Origin: the human T2T-CHM13v2.0 reference genome, Homo sapiens
Reading direction: 5' to 3' (one strand)
Assembly (NCBI RefSeq): GCF_009914755.1
Contig: NC_060929.1
DNA length: 64,000 bases
In this document: one piece after another, positions 39,150 to 53,081 of the stretch
Layout: each line of letters starts with the position of its first letter
Numbering within the stretch: the first letter of the stretch is position 1
The notes under the pieces: model-generated
What the model was told of the DNA's origin: nothing
Seen by the model: the letters and a program-made list of their open reading frames with translations, nothing else
Databases searched by the model: none
Program-made: the position numbers and the translations under genes

Positions 39150-41900
39150 CCTGTTTCTTAAAAATTCTATTAAAAATAGTCCTGAAAGACTTAAAATGTG
39201 AAAACCAGTCTCCTACACCAATTACTCCTATCCTGTGTCCATTCTCACTCAGTGGAGACAATGATTTTTTAATTATTCTGGTTGTTTCTTTTGATAGTTT
39301 GTCTCTTTATTTATATAATATTTTCTACTGCAAGTTTTTTATTTATCAATTTCAGACAACTTCTGAAATTAACAAAATTCCTCTAACGTAGATGAGGATT
39401 TCGCTGTCTTGGATCTCCCAGCACTTCCCTCCCTGATACCCCAAGATGCTTATATTTTTTGTTAAACCAACTATCAGCATTTATAATATCACAACTATAT
39501 TCATACTATTCACTTTAAATTCAAGTAGAGGACTATGATAATATTTACTTTCTAGTATCTTTTTTATGTCTCCTGGAGTCCATCAATAATCACTTCTAAT
39601 TCTCGTGGGTTCTTCAAGGTAGTTATTGTTTCTTTTTTTTTGGAATGCTGCATAATATCTGTCACAAACCTATCAGTAGTTTTTTCTAAATGATTGCTCA
39701 TATATAGTTATACTTCAATTCTTCCCCTTTCTTTTTCCTCAGTCCCTTTCACCATAGCCCTCCCTTCTCCTACTCTGGCCAGATCCCTTGTTCTCAGAAT
39801 CCACTGGCAAGGGTATTCCTATGTTTGGTGAAGAATACTGTCTGAAAGCTCCTAAAGGAAAGGTGCATGGGAGTTAAAATTCTTTGAGTCCTTGCTCACC
39901 TGAAAATGAGCATCTTCTCTGAGCAGGCTAGGAGAAATGCTTTCAAAGAGACTTTCCTCCCCTTTGGGTAGGATGATTTGCTTTCATAATTGATTGGAAG
40001 TTTGGATGGGTCTGAAATTCTAGAATCAAAGCCATTTTTTGTTGGAATTTTCCAGGCATTCCTTCATGGTGTTTTTGGTTCCAGTGTGGCACTTAAGAAG
40101 TCTAATGCAGCTCTTTGTTTATTTCTTATTTTTCTTTTTCAAAAAAGGCATAGTCTTTTTTAAAATGTCAAAATGTAAAGCAATTAGTATTAAATTATAA
40201 GCTGATGGATTTTTAGAGATGTATTTGCCCATATAACCCCCTTCAGATCAGCAACCCAGAAGGTTACTTTGTGCCTGTTTCCTGTCAATACCACCCCACC
40301 CCCATCCTAGAGATAACCACTTATCTGACTTCTATCACTACAGATTACCTTTGCCTGTTCTTGAACTTCAAATATGGAGCCACACTCTTTTGTGCCTGGC
40401 TTCTTCTGCTCCATAATGGATCTATGAGATTCATTCATATCATTGTGTGTATTAGCTGTTCATTTGTTCTTATACCATGTACAATTCTAGAGTTTATCCG
40501 TTCTTCTGTTGATGGACATTTGGGTTGTTTCCTGGTTTTGGCTACTATGAATACAGCAGCTATGAACACCCTTGTACCTGTTTTTTTGGAAGACACACAT
40601 ACTAATTTCTCTCAAGTAAGCACTTGGGAGTATAATTGCTGAATACTAGAGTCAAAGACACTATCAGAGAGTTGGACAGTTTCTCAAAGTAGATGAGTCA
40701 CTTTTCACAATGCATTAGAGTTCCAGTTGCTCCATTTCCTCCCAACATGTGGTATTGCCAGCCTGTTTAATTTTAGCCATTCTTGTGGGTGAGTAGTGAT
40801 GTCTCGTTTAAGTTGTCATTTGCATTTTCCTAATGCATGATCATGTTAAACACTTTTTATCTGTTTGCTGGGAAGTTATCCTCTTTTGTGAAGTGCCTAT
40901 TCCAGTCTTTTGCCCACTAAAAAAATTGACTTGTTTTTCTTATTAATTTGAAAGAACTCTTCATATATATTCTGGACGCAAGTCATTTTGATATATGTGT
41001 GGAGACTATCCTCTCATAGGCTATGATTTGCTTATTCACTTTGTTAGTGGTGAATTTAATTTTACCTAAATCCAGTTTATTCATTTTTATGATAGTGAGT
41101 GCATTTGGTGTTCTGTTTAAGAAATCTTCGCTTATGTCAAGGTCACAAAGATATTGTATATTTTCCTCTGGAATCCTTATTTTATTACTTTTATATTTAG
41201 GTCTATAATCTACCTTCTGATATCATTATTATTTTCATTCCTTTGTATATGAAGTGCATTGTCCCACCCTGAGAGATTGTGGTTGTGTGTTTAACCTAAC
41301 ATAGGTGTTTTGAAATTTCACTGTTACACGCTTAGATATAGGTCTGGATTTGGTCACTGGGTACATACTTGGAGGGTTTTCTCAATCCGGAAACCGGTTC
41401 TGCAATTCTGGAACATTTTGGGGGGGTATTATTTCTTGATAATTTCCTTCATCCTCTTACCCTGTTTTGTTTCTAGAATTCCTATTAGCCTGCAGTTGGA
41501 TCTCCAGGATTGATTGTCCAAGTCTTTAACTTTTCCATTCTTGTTTTCTATCTGACTTTTGCTACACTTTCTAGAAGATTTCTTCAACATCACTGTACTG
41601 CTTTTCTATTGATCATTTTATTAGTTATCATTTTTAAGTTCTAAGAGCATTTTACTTTCTTGAGTATTTCTTTGGGGGGCCAAGTCAGCTTCTCTGCAAG
41701 CACTTTATATTAAGCCTTTTCATTTAAAAATCAGTTTTCCCTCAGCCACTTTCTTCTGAATGTGTTGTTCACTGCTATCTGCTTTTTGTGGTTGTGTGTT
41801 CACATCTTATTAAATACCCTAATAGTATGCTGGTGTGGTCTTGGGAGGGAGAGGAGACATATACTTGCCATCAACCTAGAATCTCTCCCATGGTTTCTGC
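39150..41900 (-). mobile_element. Old L1M (L1ME-like) fragments, with a better-preserved L1M 3' segment at ~40140-41210
   Basis: 'tgatggacatttgggttgtttcc..tttggctactatgaata', 'gagttccagttgctcca', 'ttttagccattct'; ORF2 antisense 'gtttggatggg..aattctag'. Confidence 0.75.
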
Positions 41901-42249
41901 TCCCTCGGTTTATTCCCAAGTTTATTTTTTTCATGTATAACCAGCTCTTAAATTCCAGATATATCAAAATTCCTGTGGGAAAAACACCACCTCCAACTCA
42001 GTACATCAATGACAAAATGCATCATTTCTACCTACCCCCTTCTTCCTTCTGAGTTCTCAGTCTCAGTGAGTGGCAGAAAAACAAGGACTCATTCTCAACT
42101 TCTCTTACTTCTTTACTCTCATATTGAATTCTCTCCAAGTTCTGTTGATTTTTTCAAATGCGTCTTTTATCTGTCCCTTCCTCTTCATTCTCACTGTGTG
42201 GTTTAGTTCTGTATTATTACTCATCTATACAATTGCAATAATTTCTTTC

Positions 42250-43200
42250 CTAATTTCTTTGCTTCTCCTCTCAACCAATCTCTTCTAACCCATTCTCCAT
42301 ACTTTGCCACAGTGCCTTTCCTGACACTAGTATTTGAACTCCATGAGGGCAGGAACTTTGTCTTTGTTCACTAATATATCTCCAACTCCTAAAACAGTGC
42401 TTTGCTCTTAGTAGGTATATTAGCCTGTTCTCACATGCTAATAAAGACATAACCCAAGACTGGGTGATATATAAAGGAAAGAGGTTTGATTGACTCACAA
42501 TTCCACATGGCTAGGGAGGCCTCACCATCATGGTGGAAGGTGAATGAGGAGCAAAGTCATTTCTTACATGGAGGCAGGCAAGAGAGCTTGTGCAGGGGAA
42601 CTCCCATTTATAAAGCCATTGAATCTTGTGAGATTTATTCACTACCACGAGTAAAGTATGGGGGGAAACTGCCCCCATGATTCAATTATCTCTACCTGGC
42701 CCCACCCTTGACACATGAGGATTATTACAATTCAAGATGAGATTTGGGTGGTGACACAGCCAAACCATATCAGTAGGCCCTCAATAAATATTTGTTGACT
42801 AAATAGATGACCAAATAAATCTGACCCTGTCGCTTTCTTACTTGGGAACTTTCAATGCTTTTACTCCCCCTCCCTCATCACTTGCATAATAAAAGCTGAA
42901 CTCTTTATCATGACATGATCTAGCACTGGTCCAACCTCATTTTCTACCTCTTCCCTGCTCACCTGATCTATTTTCTTTTCTTATTAACACTGATTAGCAC
43001 TCAATAACTTGTTCACAGACAGTGCTATAATTTCTCAGGAGTGCAAGCTTTTGCACATGTGAGAGCCCCTCTGCCTGGGACATCTTCCTGTTCCTTTGCC
43101 TGACAAGTTACTATTCATTTTTAAAATTTTATCACAAGAGTTACTTTCCTGAAAGAGGTTCTTCTGGACATTCGAGGCTACCTTAGGCTTTCCCTTCTTT
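42250..43200 (+). mobile_element. L2 fragments, interrupted by THE1
   Basis: 'actccatgagggcaggaactttgtctttgttcact' ... 'gtagg|ccctcaataaatatttgttga'. Confidence 0.7.
42416..42772 (-). mobile_element. THE1 (THE1C-like) MaLR solo LTR
   Basis: Ends 'gacacagccaaaccatatca'; perfect 5-bp TSD gtagg at 42411-42415 and 42773-42777. Confidence 0.95.
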
Positions 43201-43244
43201 ATGATCTTATTACACATTTTGTACCTCCTTAAGTACTTTTATCA

Positions 43245-43622
43245 TAAGTACTTTAATCAATCTCTGGTTTCACTCTACTTTTTGGTATGCAGGAAGATTA
43301 TACTTTTTTGTCTCTTTGAAATTACGTATAGCCATGTGGCTCTATCTGGCCAGCAAAATATGAGTGGAGTTGTTGTGCTGAAGCATACTTTTAAGTGGGA
43401 GTGCAATTCTCCATCTCTTCTGCCATCTTCCAAGATAATCAGCTACATTCTATGTAATGGAGTCTCCGTTAGCCTGTGTCTCCAAATGTGGATGAAGTTG
43501 AGCAGAATCCCCGACCTGTGCATGATGGACATATAATATGAGCAAGAAACAAATCTTTATTGTTTTAAGCTGTTGAGATTGTTTATTACTGTGGTATAAC
43601 CCAATCTATCCTGAAAAACATA
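43245..43622 (+). mobile_element. MLT1J-like MaLR LTR
   Basis: 'gccatgtggct..tggccagc..atatgagtggag'; 'gagcaagaaacaaatctttattgttttaagc'. Confidence 0.7.
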
Positions 43623-43749
43623 CTTCCACATAGTCATTACCCTATCTCTTAATAATAGCAGTTTACCATTTCTTTGAGGTCAAGGGCCATATTATTACAT
43701 TTCTTTTTAGATTAGGCACTTAAAAGGTTTGTTAGTACAATGAAAGAAA

Positions 43750-43975
43750 AGTATTTTCGGACACCTGTGATGTGCCTGGCACCGTACTAAGGATTTTACT
43801 CATGTTATTTAATCCTCAACAACAAATAGACATGATTCCCACTTTACTGACAGAGAAAGAAGCTCAGAGGTGTTGAGGTGACTTTCTCAATGTCACACCG
43901 CTGGTGAGAAACAGAATCAGCCACCAACCAAGTAGTTCTGATTCTTCAGCTCACACTCATTCTATTACATGCTGC
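43750..43975 (-). mobile_element. MIR SINE
   Basis: 'gtgcctggcacc..tttaatcctcaacaac..cccactttac..gctcagagg'. Confidence 0.75.
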
Positions 43976-45202
43976 CCTGGGAGTAACAGATGAAGTATGC
44001 GCTGTCTGTGAGGAGGTTCCCATCCATGCAGACATTCCTGTCCTGAACCTTGTACTGGACAACTAAACAAGCATCAAACAAATCCAAGTGTCAAGTAAGT
44101 GATTAAAAAAAATTGGAAACATTTTTAGGATCTAATGGGAAATGGAGAATCCTTTGGATAACTTTTCAGTTCCTAAGGAAAAGCCAATCACATCCTGTGT
44201 GTTCAATGAGAATCCCATCTGCGGCCCAGTACAGAAGCCAGTTTCAGAGCATTGCCTGTTCGGCCCTGTTTTGGTTGGTGTGGCTGACTTCTGGAGCCAT
44301 TTCCTTGGTGGCATTTCTGAACATGTACTAATGATCAATGACAAGGCATGGTCACACAGTCCAGCCTCTAGCCCTGGTATGGCATACTCAGAACATATTT
44401 CCTCAAGAGTGTGTCAGCTAGGTCCTCAGGCAGCTATTAGATGATGGATTGAAGTAGACTGACAGGGGAATGAAGACATACTCCGAGCCTCATGGAACTG
44501 TAGCTTTGAGCACGGTGACCCATTGAAGGAAAAACCTCCATTAAGGGGCTGGTACTCAGGCCAGAGAGCACTTCCAAGAAGGAGGGAATAGCAGCCTGAG
44601 AGACAAAGGGGCTGAATGCCACTAACTGCCCCATGGAGGGTTTTCCCATGTGCGGAGGGAGTAAATTTTGAGAGAGAGTCTCAAGGGATTGCTTCCTGGT
44701 TGATGTGACCATCAGAGTTGGGCTTGGCCCTAGAAAATTCTCATTTCCTTTTAACTGTTATTCTTGCCCCTCCATTGACTTTTATTTGCATTATTTGTAC
44801 ATTCTTTCTACTCTGAACTTTAATAGTGTATAACATGCATTTGGTATTTTTCATGTACTATTATATTTAATATAATACATATACATATTTGGGGAATTTG
44901 AATGTCATTTGCACAAGCAGTTTATATGTTTTTTGAAGACAAAGTGGGGCTTATATACCTTGGGCAGGCATATAGCGTGGAGCTTCACACATTTCTAGCT
45001 CTGTTGTCTGACCCAGTTTGTGCCACTTCTTTGCTGAAACAGCTGTTGGTGACCAACAGCATCTTTGATCCTGAGGGTGTTAAGGAATCAGAATATGAAT
45101 ACAACAATCCTTTGCTTGTTTTTAGATCATTTAGATCCTGGTTTGAACAGCAAATTTTCTAAAGTTGTTTCCTGTGTTTTGGTAGAGTTCAGATAGCAAG
45201 GG

Positions 45203-45726
45203 TGTTTCAATTGTACGGGGATTTAATTTATAGAGGTGACTGAGTGACCACACGGAGGGGTCAATGCCATTGAAAGAAGAGTTTATTATTTTCAGTTTCC
45301 AGGAGGAGGGGACACAATCTGCCATACAGAGCCACCTGGGGAAGCACTAGGGTCAGTCAGGAGGCAGAAAGCATGAGCACAGCCTTTATCATGGTTTCTG
45401 CAGGAAAGGCAGGCGAGGCAGAGTATTTAGGTTTGGCTGGTTCTGAGCTATAATTTTGGTGGTCTCCAGTTATCTGGTACCTGGCCCTGGGGTGATTTAG
45501 GGCAGTGAAAGATTGGCTTGGAGTGTGAGAGTTGGATAAATTAGATGACTGGGAATATGGGCTTTGGATTTCTTGGTTTGCACAAGAAACATGTGCTCAA
45601 AGGCAAGTTGTTTGTTATCTGTAGGAATTAGCTAATCTTGGGAGGGGCAGTCTCTCCCCAGCCAGCAAGGTCCCCAAGATACCAAAGCATCACAAAATAT
45701 AGATAATAAGAAACATGATTAATTCA
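45203..45726 (-). mobile_element. MER74/LTR53-type ERVL solo LTR
   Basis: Minus strand begins 'tgaattaatcatgtttc..gatgctttgg..ccttgctgg..gactgcccctccc..gctaattcct'; 'ccccagggccaggtaccag'. Confidence 0.7.
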
Positions 45727-45799
45727 AAAACTTATTTCTATAGAGACTGGACTAGAAAATTCTGAGAGGCTTTTCACCTATACCAAGCCCTGGTTTACT

Positions 45800-45950
45800 C
45801 TTCCCAGCAATACTATGAGGTGGGTGTTATCCCCATTTTACAGAGGAAGAAACTGAACCTCCTTGCCCAAGTCAGCCAGCTGGCAGCTGAGGGATTAGGG
45901 ATTTAATCTCCAATTCCGCCACTGCACCTTGGGGTTTATTAAACCACACA
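45800..45950 (-). mobile_element. MIR SINE
   Basis: 'tatccccattttacagaggaagaaactga..ttgcccaagtc'. Confidence 0.75.
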
Positions 45951-46625
45951 GAGAAGATAGTTTGGCTCCATCTGCTGCTTGAGGCAGCATTGAAGTTAAG
46001 GCCCTTGGAATATGAATGGCAGTAATTAGGTCTCTGAGTTTAGGACCAGGCTGAGCAAAGGAAAGGAAGTTCATGTCTGGGCTAGTGCTCACAGGCCCTG
46101 CACTTCCTTTATTCAGCTGGGTGTCAGCAGGAAGGGTTGACTTTTTTTTCTTAAGCTAAGCTTCCAATTTGGACATACATCAAAATCCAAGGCGAGGCCT
46201 GAAACCTTGGGTGTCTGTGAATTTAACATGTTTGTAGCTGCTTGAGGCTGCTTGACAGGCCAATGTCAAGGTTATGGGGGTGGCCAGGCTGTACCCATTG
46301 ACGTGTGCCTGTAGCTGGACACTCAAGCCAAACCCAGCAGAGAGTGGTCCCAGCAGTGGGGAGTCAGCTTTTGGCAAGGAGTGTGGTTGGCTTGAGAGGG
46401 GATGAGCACAGTTTGATTCTGTGTTTCTTTCCTTCCCCGCATGGACAGTTCCCTCATCTTCCTGTGCATGGGTGATACACCAGAGACTTAAAACTTTGCT
46501 ACCTGTCTATTTTAGATTGCACTTTGAAAGCAGAATTGCTGAAAATATATCGTTGCTTCAATGACTGCCCAATGGCACCCTTCCATTCCAAGTAGGGTGC
46601 CTTTGAGTCATGTAACAAGGGCCAG

Positions 46626-47137
46626 GCAAAGGAGACTGCTCTTCAGGAGCAAGACCAGCCACACCGTCCAGAGGAAAGTAGATTTGAAGTGTGTGGGGAC
46701 TCTGGAGCTAGACCGTGGACCTTCTAATCTTAGCACCGCCACTTCCTGACTGTGACCTCGGGCAAATGACTTAATAAGAACTAACACTTACAGGTTTGCA
46801 AACCCCTTTACATAGAACAACTTGTCTAGTCCTCAAAATCAACTCTAAGGAAGGTAGAGTATTGCCTCCATTTACTGAAAAAGAAACTGAGGCAGAGGAG
46901 ATTACATAACATGCAAAAGCCGGACTCTAATAAATGGCAGAACCCGTATTCAGATTCCTTCCTGCAGTCTGGCTTCTGCTTCCATGGCTTAACCACAACC
47001 ACTACACTTTCCTATTGCACTTGAGCTTGCAGCATGTTCATTTCCTCATCTCAGAAATGCATGTTATAATAACCCTTGCTGCATAGGGTTGCTGAGGGAT
47101 GTATTGGGATAATGTGTAGAACGGGTTTGACACACAC
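46626..47137 (+). repeat. Donor (ancestral) copy of the 513-bp duplication; the outer MIR continues to ~47170
   Basis: Near-identical to 29011-29523 and followed by the intact MIR 3' end 'taagtgctcaataagtgttagcttttattatt'. Confidence 0.97.
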
Positions 47138-47816
47138 TAAGTGCTCAATAAGTGTTAGCTTTTATTATTCATTATAAGCTGGTGTGTCCTCCATTTTTTT
47201 GTATTAGTTGTTTTTCCTCGTGCTCCTTCTCTGGGGCTATAGAAAGTGAGAGGAATCTGAGGGCTTATGCTGTTAGCTAAGTTTAGAAAAAAAACATCCT
47301 GGAGCATATAGTAGCTGTACTAATATCCAGTGTACCTTCTGACCTTGGTAAACCTCTGATGGGTTCTCTCCCCGTACAGTCTCACTAGCCACACTCCCCA
47401 CTGAGCCTGAGGCCTTGCATCCGACAGGATAAATCAAGAGTTGTGAACATGCAGGAGCCCTGGTGGGACCTCGGGTGGCTGACCTGTGACAGCGCCTGGG
47501 CGCTGAGGAGGTGTCTTCTCTCAGGTGGGCTTATTGTTTGTGCCGTGTCTATTCCATTCCAGCCTGCCCCCACCTCCCAGTGCCACCGAAGCTTGGAGAG
47601 GCACGATGATGTTCCCCCAGGGAGGAGAAGGGCAGAAAACTTCCTCTGGGTGGATTCTGTGCAACCAAAGGAGGAAATGGGAATGGAGGCAATGAGCCTG
47701 GCTAATTTTCCAGGCTTGTTCCCATAATCTAAGTGAACACTCTGCATCTCTTAGCCCATCCCTAACCCCTGACATTTTTCTCCCCTCAGTTACCCTAAAA
47801 GGGTGAAACAGATTTA

Positions 47817-48118
<302 letters not shown>

Positions 48119-48828
48119 GTTTTCCTAATTAGAAGGTATACATACAGTTCTATTTTGAAAACATAAGAAAATATCAGTCAATTCTCCTTCCACATTCCAG
48201 AAACAATCTTCTAATATTTTGAAGTACGTTTTAGACCCATTAAAAGTTGCACATATGAATATGTATTTTTCAAAAAATTGGGATTATTCTGTATTACAGA
48301 AATTGTTTTGTTTACATGTTATCGCATAAGAATTCTCTCTTGTTATTATATATTTTTAGAAACACAGGAGCATGGTAAGTAGAGGGCAGGTAGGGCCTGG
48401 TCTTGCATGGGTTTGCAGCATGGAGTCAGGGTAATGGATCAGGAAACCTGTGTGGAAATCATCCTTTTTCTCTTTAGTGGACTGAAGCAAATTTAGTCTA
48501 TTGAAAAAATTGAATTTTAAATTAAAAGATTAATGTTATTACTTAGAGAAAATAAAATCTAGAAAAAAAATTAACACTGTTTGTGCAATGCGTGTTTCCA
48601 TGATAAAATTCCAGCATCAATTTTGGAAGGTCATTTCTGAGTGTGGGCAGGGTGGGAAAGGCAAAGAAACAGAAAGGAACAGAGAAGGAAGGTTGTGAGT
48701 GTGCCTGATGGAGACCCACAAGGACCTGGGAGGTGGGAAAAGGGGGCTGGGGGTCTGATTCGAGACGGACTGACAGCTCACTGGGCTTGAGGCATGCCCC
48801 TCAGCTGTGCAGGTGAGCTGAGAGAACG

Positions 48829-49200
48829 TGTGGTGACAGTCAGTGCTGGTCACCAAATATTCCAGATCTACTTCCAGGCACACGGTCGGGTGGTGGCTGC
48901 CAGCTCCCCTGTGGTCTGTATGGCCGTGTGGCATGTTCTGGCCAGTACAATGTGAGTGGAAGTGCATCACCCTTAGGTGGACGCTTTAAGAGCTGGTACA
49001 GGGCTTCCCATGTTCCCTCTGCCACTGTGATTGGTAAGGTCCCAGAGGTGGCAGACATCTTTGGGTCCCAGAGCAAGGACGACACAGACCAGAGTCCACA
49101 ACTGACCTGTAACAGACACCTTTCCTTTGAAGGAAGAACTCGTGGGTTCTTACAGGGAGCTGACTTGATATAGATGGGCACTCTGGTAATGGTATTTGGC
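48829..49200 (+). mobile_element. MLT1 (J/K-type) LTR
   Basis: 'tgtggtgacagtcagtgctggtcaccaaatattcc..ttctggccagt..tgtgagtggaagtg'. Confidence 0.6.
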
Positions 49201-49479
49201 CCTGTGGACCCAAATGTTAATTCAGGACAAAAGATGGAAGAGACTGAGACTCAAAAGAGGCTAGAGCCATTGTTCACAATAGAACCCACCAGAAAGAAGG
49301 TAACCCAAGGGTAGTAGTGGGTTCCCAGAAGCCACAGGGAACAGACTTGATGTGGGCCAAAGTGGTAATGATCACACGACTAACTGCAGACTCTGGGGTA
49401 GGACCCAAGGGAAGACTAGAGAAGTGTTGGAGAAGAAATTTCAGCCTTGGGTCTGAGAGGGTGAGCTAGGGTTCTACCT

Positions 49480-49730
49480 GGAATGACTAATTTTATGTCT
49501 CATCCTGGCTATGGTGCCGGTTCCAGTTGTTAGGTCAAACACCAGTCCAGATGTTGCTGTGAAGGTATTTTTGTAGATGTGCTTAATGTATACAATCACT
49601 TCACTTTAAATAAAGGAGATTACTCTTGATAATGTGGGTGGACCTCATCTAATCAGTTGAAGGCCGTAAGAGCAAACATCAGGGTTCCTAGGGCTAATTT
49701 TTAAAAAATAAATCTCTCTTTCTGTTTATA
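49480..49730 (+). mobile_element. MLT2 (ERVL) LTR 5' fragment
   Basis: 'taattttatgt..caaacaccagtc.agatgttgctgtgaaggtattttt..aatgtgggtggacctcatctaatcagttgaagg'. Confidence 0.85.
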
Positions 49731-50788
49731 TATTTTTAATTACAGAAATTCATATATAATATAGATCATATTTCTATAATTATAAATATATAACAAATTC
49801 ATATCATATTTCAGTAATTAAAAAATATTTTCTGTAACTGCAACCTTCTCAGTGCCTGTTTTTAGCAATGCTTCTGTTCTTATTCAGTAAATCTCTTTAA
49901 AAAAACAAGAGATATGTATGCATATTTTGGACACAGTCACTTGGGAAGAAATCAGGAGTCTAGCTTTTTCTGAAGAGGGGCTTTGGGGAAGCAGAGCCCA
50001 GCTCCTGGAGCCTAGGGAGAGAAGGGGGATGCGAGGTGTGTGTTCTGGCTACAGAATGATAAAGCCCTGCCCTAAAGAAAGAGCCACTTAGTTTTTCAAA
50101 AACCTCCTTTTGCCACACTTCTCATTCCCCTTAAATCATCAGATCCATTAACCAAAAGCCAAGTTGCTCTTCAGGGAATTGTTTTTCAGTTTTAAAAAGT
50201 CTTTTCCCATCCCGAAGCTGTTCCATATGTGTATCAAGGAGCTATCAACTTGAGTTCACATTCCCGTGATCACGTTCCTGGGGGGACAAACCACAGGACA
50301 GAAAACAAAATATTTATGGCAATTTTCCTTGGAAATCAAGTGGAACTTTTCAGGGGACTCAGTTCTGCAAACATGTAGCAGTTGAACATACGGTTGGGAA
50401 ATGGGCCAATTTTGTACTTGCCTCCTCTCTGGGTGCCATCTTTCTCTCAGCTCTCCCCTCAGGCCCTCCCCTTCTCTCTTCCCTAAGGCCCCCCCACATG
50501 CCCTTTTGCGCCCTCAACTTGCTGTAATTAGCCCCTCTATACCCACCAATGTCTGGACAATCCTCTCCTCCCCCATTGCCTCCTTGAACCGTCAATCTTT
50601 CCTTGACCCTAGCCCCAAAGCCTTTGACTAGATTCATCACAATAATGAATAGATACACCACCACTAATGTGCTAGCTTCCTTCATCTAATTCAAGGAGTT
50701 ACCTAGCCCCATTAAAAAGCCTTGCTCCTTACTTACTTCCTAATGGAGATCTAGGATGGGAGTGGTCGCCTCTCAAATTCCAGTCATC

Positions 50789-50989
50789 CACTGGTGTGCA
50801 GGAGCTACCTCCCATGGGCTCATGAGAACTGGTAGTTACATATTCAGAAATTTTGTGAGTTGGTTGTTAAACTGTTGGTCATTTGAAATTGCTCATTGTG
50901 AGAATGTTTGTCCCCTTGGAAATCAGTAAACACCACAAATCAGAGCTGTCTTTTTAATTCTGAGAGCGAGCTTACCAATATGTCACTGC
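50789..50989 (+). mobile_element. MER63-like hAT MITE
   Basis: 'cactggtgtgcaggagc..aattttgtgagttggttgttaaac..ggaaatcag..acaaatcag..cactg'. Confidence 0.55.
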
Positions 50990-51659
50990 ACTACTCCTCA
51001 TGGGCTATAAAGTGTCAAAGTGAAGTGTCACAAACAAATTTCACCAGCCACAGGGTGTGGGCTGTGAGTTGGAAATTGAAGTGGAAGAACTTTGTACCTC
51101 CTCTGTGGACAAGAAGAGCTTTTATCATTTTTCCCTTTTGTCTTCATTAAATTTTATGATTCTTTTTATGACCTTAATTTGTGATTATGACCTGCCATGT
51201 ATTTCTTGTTTAAATAACCCTGTAATTGTTTTCCTCTGTATCTTGATTGGAATCTCCTTCGGGAAAGATGATGTGTTTTATAATAAGAGAAGTATTTTAG
51301 GAGCCATGTACCAAAATTAAAATTAACATATGCCAGGTTGAATCGTGGGACACCAAGGAAGACATGTTTTGGTTTCTTGAATGTTAACTGGGTCTGAAGG
51401 AAATAATTGAAAGGTCAAAATGAGCCTGGAACACTTGTTTATTGAGCCTCCAAAGAGAACCTTTCAGAGGTGGCTAGAGGCCAAGGCCAAATCTACTTTT
51501 TTTAGGCTTCTAGAATATAAAAAATGTGAGAAATGCCTTGTATATAGAAAGAGCCCTTTAAAAGGATGAGAGGTTGAGTTCTGGAGGAGCAGATGTTCCT
51601 TTTCTAGAATCTATCATGATTAGAACATAAAAACAATGACTTTTTGTAATATAACTATT

Positions 51660-51812
51660 GGCCTGTCTACCTCTTCCCAGACTGTAGACTCCCTGAGGAC
51701 CAAGACTGTATTCCATGCCTGTAATTCCAATCCCTGGCATAGTGCCAGGCACTGACTGAATCAGTGCTTGCATAAATGATGGCTTATAAAAAGAAAGGTG
51801 TGAATGAATGAA
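51660..51812 (+). mobile_element. L2 3' end fragment
   Basis: 'cagactgtagactccctgagg..tggcatagtgccaggcac..gaatgaatgaat'. Confidence 0.7.
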
Positions 51813-53030
51813 TAGAAAGGGTAAGAGAGGACGTCATGCGGTGCTGAAGTTGGTGAGGTCTCCCATCTTCAGTCAGTGGTTCCTAGGCTTTGAATTTCAT
51901 AGGTGAGTGCATTTTCAAATAATTTTGAAGACAGATATAGGACTTCCAAACTTCTTATTTTGTCAAATAAGTCAACAGTTACTATCCCCTAGGACTAATG
52001 TTTTATTAAGAGAAAAGTTATTTTAATATAAAAATTAGTAATTTTCTAAGAACAGAGATAGCAACTTTCTATTGATATCTATTGATAAATATATTGATAT
52101 CCATCTATATTTTATATATTTGGATATGTCTTTGGCACATATCCTTGCTGGGTATTGGAGAACTTGAATCTTGAGAATCTCATCCAAGTCCAAAATCATT
52201 TTTAATAATCCCTCCTTCTGATTAAAATAGCAAAGAAAAAAATTAGGTAACAATCATTGTCTACTCATTAAGTGGATATAGATTATTCATTGTTTGGCAT
52301 ATGAAGCAATAAATTTGAAAGCCATCAAGGAGATGTATGAGACTGGGCTACTCATTGAACATCTGCAAATCAAGACGGGTCTAGCCTTGGATTCTGAAGA
52401 TACTGGGAGATGGGAGGGATGGTTCTGCTTCTTCTCTGCCCTTTGGGTTTATATGGATAAAGTCATCTTGGGTAATCTTAAATTTGAGGATTTCTGAGGG
52501 TTCTCAGGGTCAGCGTTGTGCACAAGTTGCACTTGGAGTTAGAGGTTAAAAACAGCTTAGTCCTGGCAAAATGCCTCAAGGGCAGTGGGAGATCAGGCTG
52601 GATGGCTGTCTAAGGTCTGCTTTAAGAGTGTGAAATGCTGGGTGAAGGAGAACGGGCTGAAGTTCTCCATATAATTAGAACCTTCGAATGCTGCTTGTTG
52701 CTTTTTTTTCTTTTTTAAAAAAGATAACATGATAAATGGAAGGCTTCCACTCTGTATAGACCGAGCTCTCTAATGGGATGGTGCCCGTTTCCTTCGAATC
52801 TGAGCATGTGCATCTGGATCACCAGACACAGCTGCCAAGAATGGGATGGATTAGCTTGAATTCTTTGGCCACTGAGTTCATGCATCCTGGAGTTTAGGGC
52901 CTGAGTATAACTTCTGTTAGAGAGAGAGGATTGCTTTGAGCCTCTTCCACTCAATTAGTTTTTAAGAATTCGGAAGAATTATTTTCCAGACAATGGGTGG
53001 GACAAGCCAGTATGTTTAGTAGCCATCCCG

Positions 53031-53081
53031 TAAAAAACAAACAAACAAAACAAAACAAAACAAAACAAAAAAAAAACAAAC
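53031..53081 (+). repeat. (CAAA)n/(CAAAA)n A-rich simple repeat
   Basis: Read directly. Confidence 0.9.

Noticed and set aside
44113-45162. Cluster of 70-100-aa ORFs in unique sequence
   Set aside because: No recognisable homology, overlapping ORFs on both strands, and no poly(A)/TSD to suggest a processed pseudogene.
29011-47137. The 513-bp direct repeats read as LTRs of an 18-kb provirus or composite transposon
   Set aside because: No TG...CA termini, PBS/PPT, outer TSD or internal gag/pol. The repeats consist of MIR sequence and the interior is ordinary old genomic DNA.
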